64,000 nucleotides of DNA from assembly GCA_028534125.1 (NCBI GenBank), contig CM052817.1, positions 8,868,001 to 8,932,000 of the forward strand. The letters run 5' to 3'. This document shows positions 13,750-26,214 of the stretch, one piece after another. Both the position numbers and the translations under genes were made by a program. Numbering within the stretch: the stretch's first letter is position 1; each line of letters starts with the position of its first letter. The notes beneath the pieces are model-generated. The model ran no database searches. It had not been told where the DNA came from and saw nothing but the letters and a program-made list of their open reading frames with translations. Source of the DNA: Lama glama. Lineage: Eukaryota.

Positions 13750-14760
13750 TAGGTTTCTGGCAATGGCTATCTAGGTTATTCTGAAACAACCAACCCTCTG
13801 AGAACAACTAGAACAACTGTAAAATACATTAAAACATCTGTTTGAAGGCACACAGAGCTCGCAAGGCAGTGAAGGATTGAGAGACCGAAAGCTGGAAGGG
13901 AAGTAAAGCCAAGAGAAATGAGCTTGCATTTAGTGCTGCTTTTCTCATGTTAAAGCAGAGGCTAGGAAGCTGAAAAGCTGAACATAGATAGACAAGCATC
14001 ACAGACCCGGGAGGCAAAGAGTGAATTCAGGACCCACCAAAGAAAAGGGCTCCTGGTAAACACCAGAAAGTTTCATTAACACCTTGAACGGCTGCTCCCT
14101 GGAAGTAAGGGTGAACACGAAATAAGCTTGCCTTCACAATGACTAAGGCTAGCCTTCAGCTATTTTAGTACTTGACTGGATTACGAATAAAGGCTTCCCG
14201 TTAGAGGTGAGAGATAGATGAACTGATAGGTAGATTAGGATTTGACTGAAAAACAAAGACAAAATAGAAAAAGAACCCTTGGAGATCCTGATACTGGAGT
14301 TTTCAGACATGTATTTTATAATAACTTATCATACATGAATGAAATAGAATTAAAAAAAAACAGAAAGAATAAGCAGAGAATTGAAAAGTATAAAAAGAGA
14401 GACTTGCATGGAAATTCTAGAAGATAACAATGCAATAACTAAAATTATGAACCCAATGGATATGTTTTGTGTTTCTCAACCAGGGATGATTTTGTCCCCC
14501 AAAAGACGTGTGGTAATGTTTGGAGACAATTTGGGTTGTACCACTTGGGAGATGCCACTGGCCTCTTGTGAGTGGAGGCTAGTGATACTATTGAACACCC
14601 TTTAATACACAGGGCAGCCCCACAAAACAAAGAGTTCTCCAGTCCAAAATGCCAGTAGTGCCATGGTCAAAAAACCCTTAACAGCACATAAAAGCCACAT
14701 AGCAAGAAATCAGTGAGCTGGAAGATGAAAAGGTTAGATGAAAATATACAGACTGAACGG
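13750..14760 (+). mobile_element. Old L1 5'UTR/ORF1 remnant, interrupted by MER20
   Basis: gaaattctagaagataacaatgcaataactaaaattatgaacccaatggat | taacagc..aaatcagtgagctggaagat is decayed ORF1 coiled-coil sequence on both sides of MER20. Confidence 0.6.
14468..14679 (+). mobile_element. MER20 (non-autonomous hAT-Charlie DNA transposon)
   Basis: tgtttctcaaccagggatgattttgtccccc ... acagggcagccccacaaaacaaagag ... caaaatgccagtagtgcc..aaaccct. Confidence 0.85.
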
Positions 14761-14899
14761 GGCAAGGAGTAGCAGGAGGCGGGATTACCAAGGGACTTTG
14801 AGACTCACTCGATTGTGGTACTATTTACACTGTGGTATACTCATTTCAAATTGTGCCATTTACTTGACGTCCACTATATCCCAAAAGAGCTATTAAAAT

Positions 14900-15790
14900 G
14901 AAACAAAAGTATCTTCTCTCAGAGAAGATATTTGCAAGATATACCTTCAACAAAAGGTTAACATCTCAGATAAACAAAACTCCTACAAGTTGCTAAGAAA
15001 AAGATAACTAAAAATAGGTGAGCGATTTCAACAGATACCTCACAAGTTATTCAGATTTCGGTAACTACATGAAAAGGCACTCACTCTAACAAATTATCTG
15101 AAAAATGCAAATAAAAGCCGCAATGAGATGTTGCACACCTACTCGTAAAAACGCCAACAATACCAACTGCTGTTAAGGATATGGGGCTCCTGGAACTGTC
15201 TTATTTTGTTAGTGGAAATTAAAAAAAAAGTAAAGTCAGCTACAAGACTGAACATAAAAATACCAGATTTCAGCAATTTTTCTCTTAGGTTTATGCTGGG
15301 TTATGTTATGTGTATATATGTTTTTAAAAGGTCACGTATAATCATGTACATAGCAGGCATTATTCATAGGAGCCTTTAGCTGGAAACAACCTTGTTGTTT
15401 ATAATTAGTAGATAGACAAAACAGATTATGGCATATTAATAGTATGAAATACTGTATAGTAATGTAAATGAACAAATTCCCACTGCATGCACCAATATGG
15501 ATGAATATCATAAACATAATATGGTGTGAAATAAGTCAATGCAAAGCAATATAGACTCTATGAATCCATTTATATAAATTTCAAAAACAGGCAAAACTGA
15601 TTTATGTTGTTAGAAGTCAGGATGGTGGTGAGGAGGAAAGAATTATTTACTGGCAGAGTCTGAGAAGAACTGGTAATATTTTATATTTGACTTGTGGTAG
15701 TTGCATGGGTTGCCAATGTTTTCATAACTTATCAAGCTGAATATATGTTTTATGCATATACATATTATATTTCACAAATTAGGCTTATTG
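14900..15790 (+). mobile_element. Old L1 (L1MC/ME-like) ORF2 end and 3'UTR
   Basis: gagaagatatttgcaag, aaatgcaaataaaagccgcaatgagat, tccatttatataaatttcaaaaacaggcaaaactga. Confidence 0.75.
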
Positions 15791-15902
15791 AAGAAAAGTG
15801 AAAATCTTTAGCTCCCCTGCTATTCTTTGGTGTTTTGTATAAGAAAGTAATTCAATCAATGCCCACTTACTAAGAGTGTACCATAAACCAGGTACTAGCT
15901 AT

Positions 15903-16274
15903 TGCTATAAGTTGAATTACTGAAAAACAATTCAGATCATAGGAACAACCATCAGGAACACAGAATGTGACTGTATTTGGAGATAGGATATTTAAGAAGG
16001 CAGTTAAAATCAAATGAGGTTTATAGGGTGGTCTTTAATCCAACATGACTAATAGCCTAATAAATGGACACAGACACACACAGAGAATGGCCACATAAAG
16101 ACACAGGGAGAAAGTCCTCATTTATAGGAGACAAAGAAAATGCTCAGAAGGAGCTAATACTGTCAACAGCTTGACCTTGGACTGCTAACTTCCAGAACTT
16201 GGAAAATACATGTCTATTGTTTGAGGCAGTCAGTCTGTGATACGTCATTAGGACAGCTGTATCAAACTAATATA
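15903..16274 (+). mobile_element. MLT1B-like solo LTR
   Basis: cagaatgtgactgtatttggagatagg ... ttgaccttggactgctaacttccagaact ... aaactaatata; TSD gctat/gatat. Confidence 0.8.
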
Positions 16275-17419
16275 GATATATACTGGGACCATCAGACAAA
16301 CAAGATATGTACCTTTGCTGCAAGAAATTTCCAGTCTATCAGAGGAAACAATCCCATACCTACTTTAGCTTCAGAATTATAAACACTGATTAATAAAAAA
16401 AAAACTAGAAACCACAGTGGCCTGAGTAAAATTTTCCCAGTACATCATCAACTGATTTCAACTCTAATGGTATATTTTGATTTTATTCAATTAATCTCCC
16501 AATTATTAAAGAAACTCAGTTAAAATAGAAACACTTAAGTAGAGAATTCACTCAGCAAGCCACCTTGTCACTGCCTTAGTGCTGAGACATAGATTCAATT
16601 TCACTCATCTGTTAGGGACCAACTTCCCCAGACGCTACTCAGTAGAGTACAGACCAGACATCGTCTATGAAATGAACATGAAATGGTAATGATGGCCAGG
16701 TTTTAGTAAAAAGGTTAACATCTTTAGAGGACTTTTCTAATTAAAATTATGGATTATTTCAACACTTACTTCAAGGAAAAGAGCTCAAATTAGCGATACT
16801 ATTATAATGTTATTGTTACTGTATGAAAATATACTGTGTTGAAATATAATGCATGGCAGAAAGAAGTAAATGTTCTAAATTATAATGAACAAATTATATT
16901 GTCTCAGAGAATATAACCCAAGTGTTGATGTTAAAAAGTTATGGTACATTCTCAAAAAATAAACTATTTTAAATGTTTGCTTTTACTGAGAAAGACAATG
17001 ACATTTTGAAGCTAAAAGAATGGGGTTTGGATTCTCCTACCTAACTTCCCAAAGCAATGTTTTCCTCATTTATAAAATACAAAACCAATGAAACCTACCT
17101 CAAAAAGCTGTGTAGATATCTGATGATTTTATGTATTACAATCTTATCAAAACTCTAAATGATCCCTAGTAAGTACAACTTATTATTCATGTTTGCCATT
17201 TTGGACTGTTTCATGTGTTGACCCAGAAGTCAACAATTTTCAGATTTTTATCTTTGTTCTTCTCTTCTTCCAAGTAAATCACAAGCTAGAATTTCTCTGT
17301 TGTAAATATTGTGCAATGTTGAAGCATCTACACAATTTGGTTCCATTTTAAATGCTTCTACATAACTTTCTTGAGGCATATCACCTTTTGAAAATAACCT
17401 ATGTCACTTCAGTTTCTGG

Positions 17420-17656
17420 GACTGTGTTTCACCATTTATTTCTATTTTTATCATTAATAATCCTAAAGAGCTTTTCCAGATGTTGTTTCCCTAACCCCAT
17501 GAAATGTCAATATCACAGATGTATTGTATATAAGTATGTACTGTTTGTATATCTGTGCTTTATGCATACAAAGAGTAAAAGCTGCTCTCTCTCCCACCAA
17601 GAACCAATATTTACTCCCTTGGGAGCAATATCCCTACCCCCACTGAGAATGTATAG
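17420..17656 (-). mobile_element. hAT-Charlie non-autonomous element (Charlie7-like)
   Basis: gtatatctgtgctttatgcatacaaagagtaa ... ccaagaaccaatatttactcccttgggagcaatatc..ctgagaatgtat; family name from memory. Confidence 0.55.
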
Positions 17657-18459
17657 TTTAAGAGAAATCCTACTTTACATTTGTGGTTTTCCATTCATAC
17701 TGTACAAACCAATATTTGGAAAGTGTTTAAAATAATGTCAGGTACATATCACATATTGAGTGTAAGAGTCTATCTATTAAATAAATTAAATCTCCAGTCA
17801 GTCTAGATAAAAACACACTTTAAATGGTCACTATCGTTTAAAACTATGCTCTCTGATTTTTTTTGTTTGCACATTCCATCAGGAAAAAAATTTTGAACAT
17901 ATACTGCAAATACATCCATGTTTGTTCATCTATAAGTTATAAACAAACACAACTTTGTATATAGAATACAATTCATGAAATAAACATTAAAAAAGACCTA
18001 CAGAAGAATGAAATAAAACCTTAAGTGGAAAGAGAAATTCAAATATTTCAATCATGTCTAGTCCAATTTAGAGGACTCTGGTTTAAACACATAATGATCA
18101 CAATGTTCATATCATTTTTATATAGCACTTTACTTTGTCAAGGCAGTTTTGCATTTTTTATTTTTGATTTGATCCACATAGCAGTTCTGTGAGATAAGCC
18201 AAACAGGAATATGTCTTCCTATAGTCAGTTGAGGCTGAGATTCAGAATAGGCAGTATAATTTATGCAAGGTGAATGAGTGGAAAAACTCAGAATCATTAC
18301 AGTCACACTTGATTCTTTGTTCATCTTTGCTTGTAATTTTTATCTCAACATTCCAAATGCAAATGCAAGGATGGTGATTTTCCTCAAATACACTAATCTA
18401 TAGGCTAGTCTATAGAGTTTACTCTAATGTCAATTTCTCTTGCAACTTCTATTACTGCA

Positions 18460-18925
18460 TTCAGAAATTTCTAACAAACAAATGTCCAGGACTGGACAGC
18501 TTCATAGGGGAATTCTATCAAACACTTAGAGAAGAGTTAATACCTATCCTTCTCAAACTATTTCAAAAAACTGAAGGGGAGGAAACATTTCTAAACTTAT
18601 TCTACATGCCCAGCATTACCTTGGCATAACCAAAACCAGACAAAGACACTAAGAAAAAAAAAAGGAAAAGATAAATTACAGGCTAATATCTCTGGTGAAT
18701 ATAGATGCAAAAATCAACCACAAAATATTAGTAAATCAAATTGAACAATACATAAAAAAATCATACATCATGATCAAGTTGGATTCATTACAGGTACACA
18801 AGGATAGCTCAATATCCATAAGCCAATCAATGTGATACATCACATAAACAAAAGGAATAAAATGCATCCATAGATGCAGAAAAAAGCATTTAACGGAATT
18901 TAACATCCATTCATGATGAAAACTT
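18460..18925 (+). mobile_element. L1 ORF2 reverse-transcriptase-region fragment (disrupted)
   Basis: Decayed coding for PGxDxFxGEFYQT, PKPDKD, NYRxISLxNIDAK, IIHHDQVGFI and DAEKAF motifs with frameshifts. Confidence 0.9.
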
Positions 18926-19440
18926 CCATTCATTCATATATTCACTCACTCATTCATTATTTATTTAACAAAGACTAAATGAGTTTCTATTTATATGCCT
19001 GGAAAAATTCTAGGCACTGAGAATACACTAATAAAAAAAAAAGGATGAAAGAAAGAAAGGGAAAAAAAAGAAAAATGAAAAAACCCTGACTAGAAGAGAA
19101 AGACAAATCATAGACACAGATACATACATACCTACATCCATGTATGTGCGTATTATGTATAAAACATCATGTGAAAAGCACTATGGAGAAAGTACTTGAG
19201 GAAGACCACTGAATAAGCTGAATTTTGAGCTGACTTATGATATACATGAGAGAGTGAATCATGTGGATTTCTGAAGGAAAAAACATTCTCTACTGAAGAA
19301 ACATCAAGTTCTGAGGGAGAGGTGCACTTGATGTGCTCAAGGAAATCAAGGAAACCAGAGTGGCTGGAGTGCTGTAAAAAAGAATCTTTAATGACATGAG
19401 TAGTAGGAGAGGAAAGTGAAAGGCCGAGGGGACACAAGCC
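18926..19440 (-). mobile_element. L2 3' fragment
   Basis: cattcattc terminus, ttctaggcactgagaatac, ccagagtggctggagtg. Confidence 0.7.
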
Positions 19441-19764
19441 AGCAGCCCTTCAAGTCTTCCCCCACATGTTACCTCATTAAGCCCTTATGGGAGGATTTCA
19501 AAGACTAAGTATAAAAAATGTTAAGTAATTGTCCTAAGGCTTCTCAGTTAAATAGTCCCAGAATCAAAATTCATACGCAGGCCAGGCAAAAACGCGTGAG
19601 GCTTTCCAGCTACCACTGATGTGTGCACATGCACTTATTCATTTTACACAAGGGAAACATTTCTAGAAACCATAGTCATGCTTATAAGATATACCTCCTA
19701 CCTGGACTCGCAACACACTTGGAAGCAATCACATGAGTGGGCTGATTTTTTTCTTGCCCTTTCT

Positions 19765-20152
19765 TTTAAGTGGTTTTGTTGAGGTATGACTGATGTATTA
19801 AAAACTGCACATAGTTAATGTATAAAATTTGATGAGTTTGGACATATGGTTTGGTTTCTTTATGTTTTGTTTTGTTGTAAGAACACAGCACTTAACAAAG
19901 TTTAAAGCGCACAATACAGAATTGTTGACTATAGATATCATGCTGTATCTCTAAAATTAATTCATATGCATAGTGAAAACTTGGTATACCAGTTGAATAA
20001 CTCCCCATTTCCCCCATCCCCTGGTTCTTGCTTCTATAAGTTTGACTGTTTTAGGTACTTCATATAATTGGAATCATGCAGGATGTGTCCTTCTGTGACT
20101 GACTTGCTTCATTTAGCATAGTATCTTCCAGGTTCATCCATGTTGTCAAAAT
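19765..20152 (-). mobile_element. L1MA-like 3' end
   Basis: ttgaggtatgactga..aaactgcacat, tgtccttctgtgactgacttgcttcatttagcatagtatcttccaggttcatccatgttgtc. Confidence 0.85.
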
Positions 20153-20511
20153 GAGAGGACTGATTGTTCCTGAACTCATTAAATCGGGTGTTCGTCACTG
20201 TGTGGACACTATCTAGGCACATCTAAACAATTGGTAGCAGACTCCAACCATTTAGAGTAAGTTAAAGTCATATGGGCCACATCTCCCTCAGCTAGAGGGA
20301 GAAGTAACCTATATAGTATAACCTCCACAACACACAAACAAACTGAAGATGTATATGGGAAAAAAAGATCTTAAAATAACAGGAACAATACATGTGCCAA
20401 AGTTCATTAATTATTTGTGAAGGAAGCACTTGGGCTCTTGTCCAAATTCCATCCCCTACGATGACTTCTAACATGCTCTAATCTCGGTTTTACTAGGTGG
20501 CAGCTTGTAAG

Positions 20512-20614
20512 CAGAGTACCAACTGCATCCAGTGTCTAAAGTTGAAGAGTTTCCCAGGATGTGGACTTTCAGAACTAAAACCAGAAAAGACTAGGACAGA
20601 CCAAAATCACCCTA
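20512..20614 (-). mobile_element. MER81/MER94-like hAT-Blackjack MITE
   Basis: tttcccaggatgtggactttcagaactaaaaccag ... tcacccta terminus. Confidence 0.6.
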
Positions 20615-20983
20615 TTCTAAGTGATCTGCAAGAGTAGCAGCAAGAGATACAGCAGGGTTGGAGGCAGATGAGATGACAGCACAAGCTGAAAACTGACCTG
20701 CTAGAGAGAAACGCCAAAACACGCAGAAGGACTGAACATCATCATTCTAAGCACAGCAATCTGGGGGCAGTTAGTGTGGGGGCAAACAGGCTTTCACTGT
20801 TCATGCTCATGAAAATATTCTAAATTACAACAAAGCAAAACATTTGATATTATTTTAGTTAATAAAGTCAAGAAATATAAAATTTATAGAGTTTCCATTC
20901 AAATATTTAACCAAGTTTAGTGACTGAATTGAACATACAGCTTTCAGTTGTTTGCAGAAATGTCTTTTATCACAAAGTATACC

Positions 20984-21130
20984 TTTAGATTCCACATATG
21001 AGCGATCTCATATGGTATTTTTCTTTCTCATTCTGGCTTACTTCACTTAGAATGACGTTCTCCTGGGACATCCATGTTGCTGCAAATGGCATTATGTTGT
21101 CTTTCTTTATGGCTGAAAAACAGTCCATTG
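20984..21130 (-). mobile_element. Isolated internal fragment of a young L1 (ORF2 C-terminus)
   Basis: Closely matches 62925-63069 (tttagattccacatatgag..ggctgaa..tccattg); no 3'UTR or poly(A). Confidence 0.9.
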
Positions 21131-21570
21131 CCTTTAAGTGAGATGTGACTGTAATGTTGAATGTTAGAGGCCACCAGCAACTAATCTGCTATCCCATGCT
21201 TTGCAGACAGTGGAGATTCTTTAAGGCTTCTAGTAATTGGAGCACTAGAAGAATAACTTAGTAAATAATATCCTTATAGTAGGAAAAGTTTAAAAATTCT
21301 GCTCCTTCAAGAGCGTCCTGTTGACTACATCAAGTATCATTTACTCAGCAGTAAGATCTGTTCTCCTATATTATTTAAACAAGAGAAATGGTAATTCCAC
21401 CAGGTAAAGAATTGGCACAGAACCCATCAGTCAGAACACATGTTTTGTAGCCTCTAAAAATAGTGCAGAGTCTAATTTTAGGCTTGTCTTATTTTAATTT
21501 TTTCAACTAATTTCGTCAAAAACATTTTTCTTATGTTTCTTTAAAGAAAGCCTTTAAAATATTTGGAATT

Positions 21571-21690
21571 GGGAGGGGGTATAGTTCAGTGGTAGAGTGC
21601 CTGCCTAGCATGTAAGAGGTCCTGGATTCAATTCCTAGTACCACTATTAAAATAAATAAATAAACCTAATTCTCCCCACAAAAAAATTAA
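21571..21690 (+). mobile_element. tRNA-Ala-derived SINE (camelid vic-1-like)
   Basis: gggggtatagttcagtggtagagtgcctgcctagcatgtaagaggtcctggattcaattcctagtacc with A/B boxes, aaataaataaataaacctaattctcccc tail and A-run; TSD atttggaat at 21561-21569 and 21693-21701. Confidence 0.9.
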
Positions 21691-23332
21691 GCATTTGGAA
21701 TAAAATATTTTCAGCTCTATTAATAATTTTAATTTTATTAATAGCCTATTTTAGTAACAATTTATTTTTTAAAATTTACTTTGCCTACATTACTTCAATC
21801 TCCATAATGCTATGATAGAAATATTAACTTTATATTGTAAAGGTAGACAGTTATCCTTGGAAAGAGGGATAAATTATTTAGTGCCTGCTGTCTTTTATGA
21901 GGCAGTATTTTATTTAGTCCTTCTAATAAGCTGATGAGGCAGGAATTACTAATGCTATTTATAAATGAGAAAACTGATACTTAGGGATATTTGATTCTTG
22001 GTCTTTAAAATTAACCCCATATTCCCCTCGTACATTTCTCTCCTTCCAAATAACATGCCAGGAAGCACCTTGCAAATCAGTAAACTTCAAACATAGATCT
22101 AGCACTAAGCACAGGGTTCCTTTTACTAAGTTAATAAAACTAACTTAGGTGTTAAATTATTCTCTTTTTAAAGATAATAAGCATGCATTGACTTCCAAGT
22201 TGCAAAAATAAACAAAGAAAAGAATCATAAGCTTGGTCTTACACAGTGAACTTTACATCAGAGATGAATTGGTTTGGTAAACTGTCAATTATTATGCAAC
22301 ATGCACAGTGTACCAGCATAACCTGGCTTCTCAAATATGTCACCCTTAAATTTGTCAAATGGCCATTAGAATTACATTTTATCTGTTTTATCTTGTGATC
22401 ATATACAATTATCTACCCCTTTACAATATTTGTTGAGTTTCAACTCTGTGTCAGACTTATCCTGGAACTGAGTTTTGAGGGTGAGCAAACCTAGTCCCAG
22501 ACCCACAGCTCTCCGTTTAAATGGGTGTGGTTCCAAATTGCTGGCTCCTCCTGGCGTTTATGTTCGGAATCGCTCAGTTTAAAAACTGACCACTTGAGCA
22601 GCCCCGGCTAACTGGAAGTGATGGTCCACTGCAGGGGAAGACCTACCAGATTCAACAGGGTTCAGCTAGAGGCATTTTTATGAGAAACAACAACAATAAA
22701 AGAAAGAGATGGCTCTGGTGACTGTTCTGTTGGGCACTCTGTATTATTTCATGGTCTCAAACCTGTGAGAGACATTATTATCACCATTGCAAGAGAAGGA
22801 GACTGCACAGATGGTAAGCAGTGGAAATAGGATTTGAATGGCAAACATTGAAAATGGATTATTATAATTCAGTGGGATAACGTTTGAGATAGAGTTATGC
22901 AGAGATTTCTGTGGGAATATAGGATGCAGGAAATATGATTAATTCAACAAAAGGCCTATTTTCAGCATTCTTATACTTCCCATGTTAGAGACTAAATTTT
23001 GCCTACATAGGAGGTCCAATATGGAAATACGTCAGGGTGTAAATGAGCAAGGTCATTGTTAAATTATTAGATAGCTGATTCATAAAACCATCCGTTGCAA
23101 TGCAAAATTAACTGAAGTTTAAGTTGAGGAGAACTGTCTGTAGTTTGATAAATACTCCCAATTTGGCTTCAGTCTCAAGAACAGTCCGGGAAGCATATTT
23201 GACAATATTTATGCTGAGTCCATAAGCCTAAAGAACTGTGCTTTGATGACCCTTCATAATATAAAAGATTGAGTTTTTCTATTAAAATCGTCAGTGCTAA
23301 TAGTCTTACTAGGTTTTGTAGGTGCTCTATAA

Positions 23333-24101
23333 TTGTTTTTGTTTTTGTTTTTAGTTTTTTTTAATCTTTCTTTTTGAAGTGCACTTAATTTACAATGTTG
23401 TGTTAGTTTCAGGCAAAGTTACAGCAAAGTGATTCAGTTTATATATGTATATTCTTTTTCAAATACTTTTCCATTATAGATTATTATAAAATAGTGAATA
23501 TAGTTCCCTGTGCTATATAGTAGGTCCTTGTTGTTTATCTATTTTATATACAGTAATGTGTATTTGTTAATCCTAAGCTCCTAATTTATTTCTCCCTCAC
23601 CTTTGCTTTCCCTTTGGTAACCATAAATTGGTTTCTATGCCTGTGGGTCTATTTCCTGGTTTGTAAATAAGTTAATTTGTATTTGTTTTTAGATTCCTCA
23701 TATAAATGATATGATATTTGTCTCTCTCTGTCTGAGAAATGCAAATCAAAACTACAATGAGGTAGTATTACACCTCACACCAATCAGAATAGCCATCATT
23801 AAAAAGTCTACAAATAATAAATCCTGGAGAGGGTATGGATAAAAAGGAACCCTCCTATGCTATTGGTGGGAAGGTAAATTGGTACAGCCGCTATGGAGAA
23901 CAGTATGGCTGTTCTTTAAAAAACTAAAAATAAACTTACTATATCACCGTGCAATCCCACTCCTGGGCATATATCTGGAGAAAACTCTAACTCAAAAATA
24001 TACATAGGCACATTCACATAGGCACTATTTATAATAGCCATGGCATGGAAGTAACTTAAAAGTCTTTTGACAGATGACTAGATAAAGAATATGTGGTGTG
24101 T

Positions 24102-24134
<33 letters not shown>

Positions 24135-24439
24135 TACACACATACACATACATATATATACACAACGGAATATATATTTGTCTTTCTGTGTCTGACTTCC
24201 TTCACCTAATATGAAGCTTTTGCACAGCAAAGGAACCATAAACAAACAAAAAAAGACAACCTACCAACTGGGAGAATATATTTGCAAACAGTGTTACCAA
24301 TAAGGGACTAATTTCTAAAGTATACAAACAGCTCATACAGCTTAATATCAAAAATAAAAATAAAAAATGGACAGGAGACATAAGTAGACATTTCTTATTT
24401 GCAGCAACATGGATGGACTTGAAGTGTATCATATTAAGT
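23333..24439 (-). mobile_element. Rearranged (inverted and scrambled) L1 3' insertion
   Basis: Poly(T) plus antisense 3'UTR 23333-23735, sense ORF2 23736-24173, antisense 24174-24214, sense 24215-24394 and 24397-24439. Confidence 0.9.
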
Positions 24440-26214
24440 CCTACTAGTTTTGAATAATTCTTAGAAGGCTCAGTTTAACCATCCTAAATATTAGACAAGC
24501 TCAAAGGAAACAGGACTATGCAAACTAAATGCTAAATTGAGAAATTAATGCTATTTACTTGAAGAGTGGGGTTTTTGTTAATGAAATGTTCTTCCATGAT
24601 GGGCCCTCAACAAAATCCAGCAAATGAATGAACGCTGCCAGTACAGCTATCACCACACTGTTGTAGCCTTGCTAAATTCTTCTAGTGCCCGAGCATTTGT
24701 GCAGATCTCATGATTTCCCAGGTCCTTTCCAACTCCTACAGCATATAAAATCAATTAGGATAGACACTTGTATGCATGGTCAACTCTTGTACTGCCACTA
24801 TTTATAACACAGAAGGCACTCAGTTAATATTAGTTGTGTGTATGGTTGAGTGGTTCTTTCATGTATATCTCCCTCGGAATTCTCCATCATTTTGTGAAGG
24901 TGACCTGGAAATTATTATTTTTTTCTTGTCCTGCAAATGTAAAAGCTAAAGTCAAGAGAATATATATTTCCCTCAAATCATGTAGAAAGTTAGTGCAAAA
25001 CACAGACTTTTTCCAGGCATGGTAAATTGCCCTTGGATGAGGAACAGCTTATCACATTTTTTCATCTTCCAGTACATATTACTGCACTATGCATATAATG
25101 GATACCCCATAAATGTTTGCGAAATGAATTGCCATATGTTCTTGACATGCATTTCCTTCAACTTATAAATCTGAGCCAGCTGGAATTATTTTCTTCTTTT
25201 TAAAAAGTTCCCACTTTTTACAAATCCTAGCAAGAACACAGGCAAAGAACTGTGGTAATGTTCATTTCATGAATTCAGCTGAAAGGCTAGAACTTCTTTC
25301 AGATAACTTTAATCAACACTATGTTTTTTTTTCTTTAAAATGACAATTTTGTTTTCACAATTTAAGTGAAATCTCTTCCCACGTTAAATGTAATATGTGG
25401 ATGAAACAACCTACAAGGGATCAAGCAAAAAGAATTTTCTGGAACTCAGGTTGACCACTTTACATTGATTATTTTAATGGGTTTCTCATACTAGCTGTGA
25501 CATTTAGGCTTTGTTAGCACCATTTTATAGAAGAAAAAGGTGACACTAAATGTCTTTCTTAGAGTAGTTGGTGAAATTGGTGGAAAAACTATTTGGGCTC
25601 AGTTTGGCTTAAGGTTTTTTGCATGATGTTCCCACTCGTGCTAGAAACAGCATTGTGTTTAAGAAGGAAAAAAAAAAGGAGGGCATAAATAGGATTTGCC
25701 TTGATTTGGGGGATTTGCTCTGAGCTGGGCACTCTGCTAGGTGCTGGTGGTACATCAATGATCGTAACAGGCAAAGGCTGTGCTCTTTCAATCAAGTCCT
25801 GGAGGAAATGGACTTAAAAACTAGTGCTGGAGAGAGAACGTATTTAAGTAAACACATAAACAAACACATCATTCTTTTGGGGCCAATCAGCATAAGGAAA
25901 TTACTAGAATGAAAGGACAAAAAACAACAATAGAAAGTTGCTTGGACAGAGAACCCATTTTCATAGCCCTGTGCATAGCTCTGAACAAGCAAAATGTCAG
26001 GTTTAAACTCTGCATTCAGTCTTTGGTCACTGCTTGGACTTTGAGAAAATTATCTATATTTTTGTCAGACTCAATTTCCTCATCAGAAAGGCAGTATTCA
26101 TCTTTTACAGACATTTTGAAGGTTAGATAAATTTGGTTGTGAAAATGCTACAAATGTGGACACACATTTAGCCTTTGATAAAAATTATTAAAATGTTTAT
26201 ATGTACATGCATTT

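Noticed and set aside
21574..21645. tRNA-Ala gene (also 12965-13035 and 55145-55215)
   Set aside because: Stems are mutated, and each has a shared non-tRNA tail and flanking duplications, so they are SINEs.
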